Positions 39,566 to 53,176 of a stretch of 64,000 nucleotides of DNA are shown in pieces. Origin of the DNA: Tubiluchus corallicola. Taxonomy: Eukaryota; Animalia; Priapulida. The notes under the pieces are model-generated. The model had not been told where the DNA came from. It saw only the letters and a program-made list of their open reading frames with translations, and ran no database searches. The stretch lies in NCBI GenBank assembly GCA_030141605.1, contig JAQGDQ010000179.1, positions 186,001 to 250,000 of the forward strand, given 5' to 3'. The first letter of the stretch is position 1; every line of letters begins with the position of its first letter. A program made the position numbers and the translations under genes.

Positions 39566-40959
39566 ACAGCTAAAGTAATGTTTGCAAGGCTAGGAGGGTG
39601 GCTGACTGAGCGTAACTTATATATTTGGACAAGATATATGGACACGATTTCTGACTATGAGAAAGATTTTTTAATATTTTACTAACCAAAGGCCTATAAA
39701 TATCACACTTGTAATAAGTTATTTTTGTTGGTTCTGTCCAGTTGTAATCTGTTGTGTACTGCATCGTGTATAAAGAATGTGCTGTATTTATCGAGTCATT
39801 TTTTGTATAATTTTTATGCAATAAACAAAATTTGTTTTTGTGAAAAATTACTGTATACTGTGGTTAATTTAAGTCATCTAATTTGCTAAAAACAAAAACA
39901 AGCTGAAATGTCCTTAGTACAGTGGCCATCATAGAGAGAATCTGAATTTAGATTACGAATACAGACAGAATTTAAAACCTAATATATCCAAGTTACAAAG
40001 CGGGTACGTTTAAATTAAAGTGTTATAGTAGGAGTATTGTAACGAATTTATCCTTCGTTCAAGCTGCATGTTAATTTTTGGCAAATAGTATTAAACTTTT
40101 TAAAATACTAGCAAAAATAAAACAGCTGTCGCAAATTTTTCATTTAATGTTTTACGACCTTAACTAGAGGTCAGACATGGCTACAGACAACATACACCAT
40201 GAGAACATTGGATTAAAATGTTTTCATAAGTATGTTTTCATAAGTAAGACGTAGTGACAACACGCTCTTGTTTTACTACCCGTGCAGTTCGAGTCCCTAG
40301 TTCAAGACACTGCTTCACAATTTTGTGACCCAGTCAAGTACTGACGTCCGAGTCCGAATCTAACGCAACTTGGAACTTGTTCAGACTCGAGTCTGCTTCT
40401 GAAACTCGAGTAGTACAACACTTGACTAAAGAAACTGGTCAAAAAGTTTATAGCCTCACATTTTCACGAAAGCATAAATCTATCAAAACGAAACGTATCA
40501 TATTAAAGAAAACTCTGGCTACTTGCAGGGGTTACTGCTTTTTTAAAACTAGTCTACCAGTTCGCAGCTTTGAAAGTTGTTTACATTCTTCAAAGCCAAG
40601 AAAATTAAACTTACAGTTTCAGTCTGCTCTCTGCTCATCTGAATGACTTGCTTGTGTCCAAAGCTGAAAAACACAAAAGAATATGTGATAGTAATGTCAC
40701 TGAACTACCCTGATTTTTTGGGGAACAACCTTCTAATTTCAAGAAAGTATCCTGCCACTAAAGACATAATTGGAATAACTTCAGCTTCAAGAAAACTAAG
40801 TGTAAAAGGCGACCATTTAACATACAAAAAAAGTTTCCCATCAAAGTGCTGGAGCAGTTGCACAGATATGATATCCAGGGGCAGTTTTAAGGAAAGGATA
40901 TCACCTGTTTAGATGTCCAAAGCTTGAAATTCAGCTTCAAGAAAAACTGCAGTCTGAAA

Positions 40960-41111
40960 TGCCGCCAAACAGGGCGCCACTCCTGATTTGGAAGGTTTAC
41001 GTCTCTACACATGGCCGTTGGGTCACTTGACCTCCTCCGCCCTCTAGCCGTTGGCTGCTTGCGCAGCTCCTCCGCTTAATGTCGAGATACAGTGTTCGCA
41101 TCCCGGGGCCC
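40960..41111 (-). mobile_element. GC-rich structured segment, probable 5' region of a non-LTR retroelement, abutting a (TAA)n array
   Basis: Contains two GCGGAGGA-hairpin-CAACGGC modules, also seen in the 16415-16937 retroposon; begins directly at the (TAA)n tract. Confidence 0.5.
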
Positions 41112-41115
41112 AATA

Positions 41116-41298
<183 letters not shown>

Positions 41299-41899
41299 TT
41301 AGATGCACAACATGTAAAATTGGTAAAGACATAGATTCAAATTAATTAAAAACATTTAAAATTATGAACATGCAGTTTATAATAATTGGATTACGAATGC
41401 TTTTGTGCTAATTTGCTATCTTGTGAGCGAAGCCGAAGATTCTTGATCACTATTTGATTACTATTCAGTCCCAGGGTTACTGTTTTCTTTGAGGTGTTGT
41501 TGACAGTTGATCAATAAACTATAAACTATGTAATGGCTGCCTGCCCCAAGTTTTTTTACATCCAAAAGGCATGACAGTGTTACAGCATTTTGCATTAGAT
41601 GCGAAACACAGGCAAGCGAGAGTGACTGTGAAAGTAAACAAACAAAATAAGCACAGCTGCTATATGTACATTTCATTAATAGGCAGAAAAGCATTAAAAT
41701 GATTAGAAGTCGCAGAGACACTGAGACACTCGATTATTGAATATTATTTTGGTTAGTGAGAAAATTACATAAAACCAGGATTCGAAACTGTGACTCCTTA
41801 TCACCATTTTCGGATTGAGCTATTTACCCATTAGGCCACGATGTGCTAATATTATCTATGAAGGCCTTAAGCTGTGCAGTAATAGATCTTGGCTACCAT

Positions 41900-42470
41900 T
41901 TAATTCATTCATTTAACTTGTGGAGTGACCATTCTTTTAGCATGTCTCTTGCTGCCACACTACCCCATGCTTTCCTGACCCCGGCAACATCTCACATTTT
42001 TGTATCGGTATTTTCGATGTCAAGTAGCGTGTTGACCTCTTTTTGAACGAAATTAATGAAAATTAGCAATTGTCCCCCCATGTGGTTTCTTTTCTTCCTT
42101 CAGTACAGTAGCTCTTTGAAGGCTAATTTTAATGGGCTGTCGTCTGGTAGACATGTAATTCATCTCAATCTTCTCCTTTTGATCTTCACTTGCTGTAGAT
42201 TCGTCTCTCTTGACTTTATTATGCGGATCCTGATTTGATATATTTTTGGGAATTTTGATTCTTTAATTTTTCTATAACTTCTTCTTTGTAATGCGTCTAT
42301 TTCTGTTTTTTGTTGCAGTGAAACGCTGTTTCCACTAGTCCATCAAAATTCTTAATTTTCTTTCAAAACTGATCCTTTTATATTTCAATTTTTTTTGTTG
42401 ATTTGGAATATGCTGCTAGTAGTCAGATTTTTCTTCTCAACATTTCGTAGTCTGTTGCTAGTCTGCAGTA
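41900..42470 (-). mobile_element. Decayed RTE-like LINE 3' fragment
   Basis: Interrupted minus-strand frames give EIDALQRR...KIKRRRLR...LPDDSPLKLAF...GGQ, resembling the post-RT region of RTE-clade ORFs. Confidence 0.55.
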
Positions 42471-43370
42471 TCATTATTAATCTACAGACTGTCTAAGTAT
42501 TTCTCCATGCATCATCTCCAGTCCTTTTGATCATATAACAGCGGCATAACAACTGCCACATTGAGAAAGTGAAAAATCGGCTACTTCATGGTCCACGCAA
42601 TAGTCCACAGAACCTACATGTATACAATAGCTTCCTACGATGAAAAAGTGGCCTATGATAGCTTTCAGAGATTAACGTGAAAACAACTACAACCAAGACG
42701 TGATCCGCGCACTTGGTGTGTGATCCCAAAATTATTATACAAGGCAGATTGTGATGAGACTATAAACTACTGTATATTGTGTATTTAAAAAAAATCCTTT
42801 TGGCTTCATTCATAAGCTTAGTTCTCTGTACCTCTTGGCTATTCCACAGTTCTATTTTATTACGTGCGACTTACTTTAGTTTCGTTTATTCATTATAATT
42901 GTGGTAGAGTTGTACAGTATTAACTATGCAATAAGACACGTTTAACTATTTTTCTAAATTTGTCTTATGTTGTTTTAAATGAACGATTAATAGAGCGATT
43001 TAAATGTTAATTTCAGAAATGGTGTTGTTTATAATTAACTAATTTATTTGGAGCGACGTTTTACGGTGCTTGCAGTGTTTATTTTTTTTTAATTTTCTAA
43101 CAGAAAAACAATTTATAGTAATTTCACAAAAAATAGATTCTGTTTATTACGTCAAATATATACAAATGTGAAAATTTCATAAATGCAATACACAATAGAT
43201 CAGAACTGGCTGGACAGAATCAGCAACAATAACTTATTACAAGTGTGATATTTATAGGCCTTTGGTTAGTACGATTAAAAAAAACTTTTACAATCAAAAA
43301 TCTTGCCAAAATATACAAATTACAGTCAGTCAGCAAATCCCTCCAGCCCTCCAAACATTACTTTAGCTGT

Positions 43371-44346
43371 TTAATAGGCAGACCGGTCTCCATGGATTTC
43401 TCTGATGTTAGGTTGAATATCAATGTTGGGCAGCCCGGGATACACCACATCGTGTACAGCAACTGGAGCCAGTCCAATGTTGGTGTCAATGTTGGGAATG
43501 TAATACTCCAGATCTCGTGTGCCGATGAGAGGTCGCTCAAATGAATAGGCGTACAAGAGATTTGGCTGATAATAACTGAATCCTCTCCTGCAAAAAGTGA
43601 TAGAATTAGTTTCAATTTACTGTCATAGTGTAAAATGTTTATCGAAAAAGTGTGAGTATAAAAAATTCATTTCCCTTTTTGTACTTTTCAAAATGTTCTT
43701 AAAAAATCCTTCGTGTAATAAAAATGAAATGGAAAGAATCACATTATTTAGTGTATAATCTCACATATAGCTTCAACTTATTTCAATTAAAGCACAATAA
43801 ACATTTTAGGTCTCTTTGTGTTATAGTGGTTCCAGGCATCTGTTTACATTAATTTATTACAATATGTATAATGAAAAAAGCGACTAACTAAATCACAAAC
43901 AAGTCAGTGATTTTGTTACAATGTGTCGCAATACTTTAAATTTTCAGTTATCGTTTCCACTAACTTAATCAAATTTTGTATAATTTATGTTGTGCTGTTT
44001 GTTATATGTGTTAGGTTATATATTTATGTACGTAACTGATACATAAATAAATATAACTTAAAAATTATAAATTTAACTAAAAGACTGCAAGCTTTTACCT
44101 GATAGCGTAGTCGTATCCTCTTGCTTTCGCAGCAGTCTCAGCAGCTTGAGCTTGATCGGTAGCATAATCAGCTCCAGCAGCACTACCTTGCCGTTCGTAG
44201 CTGCTACTAGCACTTCTTTGTCCGGCTCCTGCTACCCGGGCATTGGCAAAGGGTCCGAGAACCTGCGTCGTGTGATAGGATGGCCCAGGTGTGTAGTCAC
44301 TTCCCAGGGCGACGCCCACCAAAGCAGCGATAATAAGGATTTTCAT
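43371..44346 (-). CDS. Secreted Ala/Tyr-rich protein D (~154 aa), inverted paralog of C
   Basis: Exons 44346-44099 and 43587-43371 have the same lengths and phase as in gene C. There are 6 aa differences, all in the first coding exon; 5'UTR exon donor near 44848. Confidence 0.92.
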
Positions 44347-45976
44347 TGCGTCCTATAATTAAAAAAGGGTACAAATTAAGTGTACAGATTAATAATATGA
44401 TTTAAGCCAGTTCATCAGTACAATATAAGTAAAAAAATGTACATCGTAATAGTTTCCATACTTGTATGCTGTGTTTACGTTAAGACAGTTTGATTATTAC
44501 ATTTTCATTTCTTAGCTTATTTGACTAAGATAATAAACTTTGATGTTATTTGTTTAAACTATAAACAATAAAAAAAGTTTCACTCTACTTAGTATATCAC
44601 CACTCTCTTTAGTAGTAAGCTATTTCGTATATTACTCTGCGTGTTATAAAACGTTTCCATGTTCTCATTTAAATGGGCCTAATGAAGTATAAATGATAAT
44701 TAGTCTACAGATTGTGGATAAGTCATTTGTAACGAGCATCGTGATCAGTCAGACGCTCAATAGTGATTCAATTTGTCTATAAACTGCACTTTACAGAAAA
44801 AGTCTGAACGTTAAAACACAGGTAGTGTTAAAATAAAAATTGTCTTACCTTTATTTAATAGAAGCAGCAGCTACTGACTGTGGGTACGTGGAATCTCCAA
44901 CCCCGAGTGATTTCTCTCCCTGCTCAGCCTCGGCTTTTAAAGAATTTTATTCACCTTGAAAAAACCATTTGGCATACTCCTGTCGCAGGCTAGTTGACAC
45001 TTATGGCGTGGTGCTATGGCCTGTGACCTTTAGGGTCACTTTCATTATGGCGTCTGGGTATTTGATAGACAATTGGTTTTTGTCCTTGATGGTTGGTGAT
45101 ATGTCAAGTGGTCGGCGGTTTGATGAGTTGACGCGTAATTAAAGGAAATTTATGACAGTTTCTTCTCTTTTTTTCACACGCCAACGCTTCATGCGTGTCA
45201 AGTTTGAAGTAAATTATTTAAAACGCTGCACAAAATTGTATTGTATTATTTTTTAAAAGTACAATTTGTATTTTTTGTATAGGTTGCATTTTGTGCAGTT
45301 TTATGTTTTTCTTTTTGTACGAAAAAGTTACTCTGTACTAGTTTAAGCACAAAATGCTGTATAAGCTGTACAATATTGTATTGCCTTTGTGTGCATCTAG
45401 CACACTTATTACTGCTGTTAAGAGACGTAATAAAGAATGGATATGAAGAAATGTTATAGTGATTTCCAATCTGTAATTATTACTTACTTTTCATTGACAA
45501 TCCACAGCTGATACTTATGGTCAAAACAGTCTACTCTTTAAAATATTGAAAGTAAACACTATTTTTTCAAGAATCACTTGCGTGGAGGAATTATTACCAC
45601 ACATTTGCAATTTCGAGTGCGCGCGGCTAGCTCTTCACTATTACATGCATTTCGCCATTCATTAGTTAGATGGACATTTAGGAAACGCGTTGCACAGAAA
45701 ACAGGTCCTGTACCAGACGGAGCAGGACCATACGGGAAAATAGAATATGTGAATTTTGTGATTTGAATGTTGTTCAAACCCTTACTCATGCGGTCTGAGA
45801 ATGACCTGAAACTAAATATGCTGACTATGTTGAGCATATCAACTCTTTTATGACACAACCTATTGTAAACAAAGCCAAATATTTGTATAAATTTGATAAA
45901 GTTTGTGGAAATAATGATCTTTAATTAATTTTCAAACACATGTAAATATTCACGACTTTAATTTATATCACGCTAA

Positions 45977-46126
45977 AATTAGATTGCATGTAATGATGCG
46001 TCTCACTGTTAAAGGACAAATTGTTTTATATGTTATGTTTTTGCTATTTTACTATTTTTACTATTTTGCTATTTGTCAATAAACTATATATATGTCAATG
46101 TACTTGTCAATATATTTGTCAATAAA

Positions 46127-46170
<44 letters not shown>

Positions 46171-46302
46171 TAGATTGCATGTAATGATGCGTCTCGCTTT
46201 TAATGGACAAATTGTTTTATATGTTATGTTTTTGCTATTTTAGTATTTTTACTATTTTGCTATTTGTCAATAAACTATATATATGAACATCTCTGAACTG
46301 GG

Positions 46303-46336
<34 letters not shown>

Positions 46337-46356
46337 CCCAGTTCAGAGATGTTCAT
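45977..46356. repeat. ~117-bp direct duplication around (TA)n followed by a perfect inverted repeat centred on (TA)n
   Basis: 45977-46093 is repeated at 46167-46284. Then ATGAACATCTCTGAACTGGGAGG-(TA)n-CCTCCCAGTTCAGAGATGTTCAT at 46283-46356. Confidence 0.9.
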
Positions 46357-49300
46357 TTGTGATGTAGTGCACACGTTCGATAGCTCATGCATGAGCCACA
46401 GTGGTAAATTTGAAATTTGAATTTTTATTTTTAGTAGTATTTATTGAGCTTTTAGTATAACAGTACCTCTTACAGTAGCGCTGTACCTCAATCTCCACTT
46501 TTGCACACACACTCGTGCAACACGCTCAAGGAATATTTGTGCTGTTGAAAATGCTGTTCGTTTGTGATGTCATTGCAATAGTTGGACTCGCCCGCCATTA
46601 ACTAGGATTTTAATCTATTATTTATCAGAAATGCTTTTGCGGTATCACTGGTGTTAAAATGTATACTTTTTACTTCAAAACGGGCTAGGATGTGTAAACA
46701 GATGGCACCACGTGATTCCTCAACTTAACAGCAAGATATCACCGTCTACTAAATGATGATTAAATTAATAAAAACTAGTGCGTGAACTTATAAAATAACG
46801 GTACTATTCAGCTGAGTAGTAGTAATATGGGGAGAAAGACAGACACTTAACAAATTTCATCGTGAACAAGTATGCAGCTGAAGTACCTCTAGGCGGGATT
46901 GGGCTAAACGAGCAAGGTCACCTAATTTTCACACTCAATTTTCGCTACCTGAAATATTTCATGGCTGTCAGTTATGTCGTGGGCGAATAGGTAACGTGGT
47001 TGTGATATGCTAATTTAAATACTGAGCATGACTACTTGTAAATTTGCCATGAATAGCTGAACGGTTATGGTGTGTGCTTAGTAATAGAAGTCAACCAACG
47101 CTGAGGCTGATCATTTAATAGGGATGAGTGACCTCTGGAGTTTCAGTCAGCACTCTGACCCTAGTTGTATATCTCATAAAGGAAAGACTCGAACGTGGCT
47201 GAACACACCACTGCTGGTTCAGTGGCTCATCTTGAAAATGAACCAGGTTCCGTCCCCGCCACGACATTCTACGTTGAACAGACCCTGCCGTCGTGTGCCA
47301 AACTTTACTAAAGATTAAAAACTTAATTTCAAGATCGCTTGATAATAATGGCAATCACAAAATGAGGACACCAAATCGATCAAGATGGAAACAATGTGAA
47401 AAAATTCTGAGCCAGGATTTGAACCAAGGTCGTTTGCATTACAACTCAAAACACTATCGTTAGAAACACACAGCAGTTTGTGAAGAAAGCAACGTTTAAT
47501 TCCTTAGTCGTACCTCAACAACTTTCCAGTTTTTTTCAAGTAATACTTTATTTGTTACCAGTTATTTCGATTATCTTTTACTAAATTTAGAAACTAGAAT
47601 GATCAAGTTGATAATGATCTAAATTTTAAAATTAACAATTAATGGCCAATAACTAGGCCTGGTAGTATTTCATGCTTATAGCGAAATCACGAAGAAACTT
47701 GACAGCTTGATATAAAATCATCTGGTGGGTAGAAGGCTGACATGTGGTGGTTTTCGAAATTTGGGTTCTGCAGTAGGGTGGTGGTCATCATCACCCAAAT
47801 TTGCAACAGCTATGTTTAACTTAGCGCTGAATGTATCAGGGCATGCGCTCTTCAGACTTTTGTCGTCTGCATTATTTTGTTGATGCATGTTTTAATTATG
47901 TTTTCTTTGCAACTTCATTTAAGGTAATAGCGCACTTTACTTATCTAGATAAATAAAATTAAGTAAATCTTTATAGCATAACTTGTAATAAAATGTTTCG
48001 AAACGATAACTTTACTGCGAACCCAAAGCGAGCAAGCCTACGTGTTCCATCCAGTACGTACATATACTTTTTGTAAAGTCGTTTTAAAAATAGATTGCAG
48101 TGCGCCGAACTACAATAAAATATTGTTACTTTTGAAAGCACACTATACAGGTTTGGTAAAATGTGGCGTCCATTGCAGTATTTACACCGTCGCACGCCGT
48201 TGTTTCAATGATAAACTTTAAATTATTAAATGTAGGAAAGAACAGGAATTAAAATGTTGTTTCTGATCATTTTGACAACAACTGTCATTTTCAATGCTAT
48301 AAATTATACCAAAACATATAATTAGTATAATTATGACCTATTAAGCAAAGCATAAAGTTGATCATCTGCGCTAATAAACAACATGTTTAAATCATTACGT
48401 CATACCCTAAAAGAAAAACACGTTTATCAACGTCAACTTCTGTTTGATGATGTGAAATTTAATGACCGCTGATTTGTTGTGACTGCAGTATTACGTATCG
48501 TCTTGCAAGACAATACTGATTGTCATGCTTATGTTCGAAAGCATTCTGTTCGAAAGTATTTAATCACCTCTGTGGTTTGGCACAGTATATTATATTAACG
48601 TTAATTAAACACATAAAGTAAATTATATTGAGTCATACAGCTATATACCATAGTACATATGTCATTAGTTTGTGTATTTTAATAGTTTTTCTTATTAAAC
48701 TATTCTTTTGAGCTTTAAATTATTGCAAATTATTAAAATTTGATTTCAGCATTATTTATTTAATATTGGGTTAACATGAATGCATGTAAAACGAGTTTTC
48801 TGTTTCCTTTGGCATCAATACCTTATTTAACTGCTTTTAATGACTAATTCATGCCATTCCACATACTTATTGGACGGCAAAAATAATAGCAACGTAAACA
48901 TTACAAAATAAAAAATGCAAAAAAGGATGACAGAACACTTTCATTTCAAAGCATACAAAGTCTTTATTATTCATACCACAGATTTTGCAGCTGATATTCC
49001 TAATCTATGATCAGTGCTCTTTCTTTTGTTACGTCACAGAATAATTTACCACAAGTACATGTCAAAAGCAAGTCTAAATGTGGATTTGAAATCTTACAGT
49101 TTTTGCATGTCACAGATTTCTGTGTTTCCCTCAGACTCTCTCCTTCATGGGCATAGAACAGAATTCATCTGTAGCTGAATTTGATGAGCCGGGGGTGTTC
49201 TTAAAATGCTTCAAATGCCAATACACGTTTCTATACCATGCCGCATTTCAACTGAGGAAAGGTTAGGATCTTAGACACTTTCCTTTTTTAAAATCAAGGC

Positions 49301-49697
49301 AAACGTGTTGGTGCGACATTGTGTACTGAACTTGACTACGGCAGGTTACAAGTGTAATCAAGTCGGTGCAGCAGCTGAAGTGCAAATCTAATATTAGCCA
49401 AAAAACCCATTGCCAATTCTTTGTGAAATACAGGTTTTACACTATGTTTTGGTCCTGCAAATGGATGTACACATTCCAAGCTAATAAACGACCAACAACT
49501 TTTTTTTATAAAAATCACTTTCTAAGAATCGATACAATCACTCAGACGACAAATTACAGTTAATTTGGAACCATTTGGAAATGCTACCTGTAAATTAAAA
49601 CTTCTTATTAACAGCACCAGAAGAAATTGTGGTATCTAGCGTATTTTCTAGTGTCATTTTCTATTCACATCATAAAAACAATCCCTACTCCATATCC

Positions 49698-51696
49698 TTA
49701 ACCCTTCCGACCACGGCCTCCACCTCTAAAACCTTTAAATCCGCCACCTCGGTGTCCACCAAATCCTCGGTATCCACCAAATCCTCTGTATCCTCCACGG
49801 TACCCTCTACCAAATCCTCGGTACCCTCTGCCAAATCCTCGGTATCCTCGCCCATATCCTCGTCCATATCCTCTATAACCTCCATATCTCCCATAACCAC
49901 GATAACCACGGTATCTTCCGTAACCAAATCCACCGTATCCACCATAATACCCTCCATAGAAACCGCCGCTGTATAAGTAAATAACGTGGATATGAAAACA
50001 ATTGTCCAATACAAATGGAACAATGAGCATTGAGCAGCAGAGTAAAGAATGTTTCTATAACTGGTACAGAGACACGTAAGTACAGAAATATATGTATATA
50101 TTATGCTGCATATATTATAAGCACGCAAAAGTATCTGTACCTGCTTATAATCCATTTGTTTTATTAAGTGTTAAAGTTATGGAGGTGGAAAAAGTTTTCA
50201 CGACAAAGCTGCAGTACGAACGAAAACACTGATACTTCTTTTGTTTGATATATTTTTTATCGTAGTTGTTATTATTCATATACGACACTAAGTTGTCCAG
50301 TTAAGGTTAACTTGCATAAATATAACACTTTTATTTATTCTGGGAAAAATTCATTTTATTTATTTCAGTGTATTAAAAACATTTTCTAATTGAAGTGCTG
50401 TCATAAACGTTTTTCTAACAACCTGTCAACCGCCTCACTCAGCTTTAAAGTATGATGTGTTACCGACACTGCACATTTCAAATCTTACTTTGAATTATCA
50501 GAGAGCGTATTTTTGGTAGGAATTATTAATTATTAATAATCATAGTTAAAAATTTTGGGCAGCCGCATGAGGACAGAAGATGAAGTGACATTTTAAATTA
50601 CTGCGGCCTTCGCTGAATGACACATTCCAGCACGAATAGACACTAACTTAAAGCATTTAATTTGACATTCACCTGACTATACTGACCAGTGGCAGTGTAA
50701 TTAACCTTCAAACTGGTTATCAGCCTTCAACATTCAAGAACGAGTCTAACACTTTTCCTTCTGTCATTGAAAATAATCATCGCGAATTACTGAATTTGCA
50801 GATAAGGAACTTTAATACTTTTCCGGTCAATATAGTGCTAAAACAAAAGTATTACAAGTTAAAAACTAGTTAAGGTTCATTGTACTTACAATCCTCCATA
50901 GCCGTAACCGCCGTATAAACCGTAGCCTATTCCGTACCCGGGATAATAACCGTACCCGTATCCATAGCTGTAGCCGAGGCAATTGTAGCTATTGGCGTAA
51001 ACGTACGAGCAACAATAGTCAGGTCTGATGATGCCGCCTCTGTAGCAGATGCTGCTTACTAAAGACGCTACCTGCAGAATTTTGGTCGTATTAAATTTAG
51101 TTAAAATATTTCATTATAGGCCTAATAGTGAAAACACAGTGAAATTGTTGAATAATTTAAACATGTAAATTTTATTCTTTACACTTACTACATAATGTGT
51201 AATATTATTCTTTTCACTTGTTACTTTTTGTTACTTTTTTAAAATAAAAATAACAGATTTAATAATTGTGTAAATGATTAATTATTGGTTAATTAATTCA
51301 TTATGAGTTAAAATAACAGGTTTGAATTTCCTATAACTCATAATTTCAAAGCAAAAAAGTGTAGTATAATTTAATTTAATTTAGTTTAATTCAATCATCT
51401 TCTCGATGAAATAGCTAGAACCTGATGATGATAATCCTAAAATTCACATACCTTGCCTTTAAAAATTGGTACACTGAGAGATAAAAAAGTAACAGATCAT
51501 ACGACGCAAATTGTTTTTCGCTACGCCATTATATAAGTTAGTATATACTACTTTTTAAATGATATACTCATGTAATAATTCTGAATCTACTTAAGAATTC
51601 GAAATATTATACTATTGTAGTCAAAGTAATAATACTAATGAAAACACAACTTACAGAAAGAAGCAAGAGAGTTGCTATGATCGGTTTATGCATCAT
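49698..51696 (-). CDS. Secreted Gly/Tyr/Arg-rich protein E (~164 aa) with a 4-Cys N-terminal segment
   Basis: Exons are 51696-51655 (MMHKPIIATLLLLS), 51071-50890 (VASLVSS-ICYRGGIIRPDYCCSYVYANSYNCLGYSYGYGYGYYPGYGIG...) and 49968-49698 (GGFYGGYYGG...(GRGYRGF)n...GGRGRKG*). Phases 0 and 2. Confidence 0.9.
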
Positions 51697-53009
51697 TCCT
51701 TGAACCTAAAGGTATTTTCCATAATTTAAAAATTAAACTGTTAAGTTAAAATAAAGATAAATTAAAGCGGTAACTGTAGGAAATACAACAAATTTTTAGA
51801 TATTTCTGTATTGCCCAGATGTATACTGCGCAGGCTCAGTCTGAAGTTTATTTTGTGACCTTGCACTTTTCTAAGAAGTAACATGAAAAATTTATTGACC
51901 GTATATTTATTGATCGTTAATCATACATGTACCTAATTAAATTCACATCATTTTAGTGTACACTATACACACGATCCCAAACAATCATTTGAGAAATCCA
52001 TTCATGACAATAAGCAAGTAATCTTACCTATCAACAAACTGGTCAAAAATTTTGCTTCTTTGCCAAACACAAGTGACCCTGTCAATGCGACCAACACTGG
52101 ATAATGCGTTCCTGCCCAGACATGCCTTTTTATCCAGAATTGCTTACAGTATACTTGTAGCACCTTGGGCAAGGGCAAGATTCGCTTTGTAGACTAACCA
52201 TTCATTTTGCCGATTCTTGGTAATGGGGCTTAATTTGGTGAGTTAATTACAGGTTTGCGATCGGGTGTTCGGATGTTTTTTATGACAAGTGAACCGTTTG
52301 ACTTTCTTGCCCTTGTTGTCAGGTGTACCTGCAGTTTATAAATTTATAACTTTTATTACCAACATTTGTTCATCCCTTTTAATTTGCCGTTAATTATTAC
52401 GATTTTAAACCCATAACTAATTAAAATTTGATATGAAACTTGAAATGAAAAGTTGAATTGTAGCTTGGGTTTTAACCTTCTTACATTACAGATGCCTTAA
52501 ACCATTAGATCACCGCACCGTATCCCAGTGGTCAATGCATTTTGAACTTCATCCCTTAAAGATGGCGAACCGAATTCAGCATTTCCCAAGTGTAGATCGC
52601 TCACAATAGAATGATTCTGATTAATTAATTTCTAACTAATTAAAGTTTGGCATCAAAATTTACTTAATTGTAATTTTGTAAAATTATTGATTTGCGGTAT
52701 TTTACAGCTAATTATTGATTGATTAAATAATTTTTTTATTTCATTTTTTATTTTTTATATATAATATTTTTATTTTAACGAGTGTTCAGTGCCAGTGGAA
52801 GCCCTGTTTTCCAGTTAAGTTCGCTTTTTACATAAATATAAAAAATATAACATTTCAAACTATTACTTACAATAGCGCAGAGACAAAACACGAAAACAAA
52901 TAAAAAACAATAGTTGTACTAATTAAGATATACACATGAAAATGTGTTCACATTTTAAAATACTACTCGTACAAAAAAGGCTGGTTTCTTCTACCTATAT
53001 ATGTATATA

Positions 53010-53010
53010 C

Positions 53011-53061
<51 letters not shown>

Positions 53062-53081
53062 CGTGCGTGCGTGTGTGCGTG

Positions 53082-53135
<54 letters not shown>

Positions 53136-53176
53136 TGTGTGCGTGCGTGCGTGCGTGCGCGCGCGTGTGTGTGTGT
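53010..53176. repeat. (TA)n/(TG)n/(TGCG)n compound microsatellite
   Basis: Direct reading. Confidence 0.95.

Noticed and set aside
40960-41111. Second HDV-like ribozyme on the minus strand (GGGCCCC/GGCGCCC)
   Set aside because: A possible P1 exists, but I could not place P1.1 GG, a canonical L3 or a good P2.
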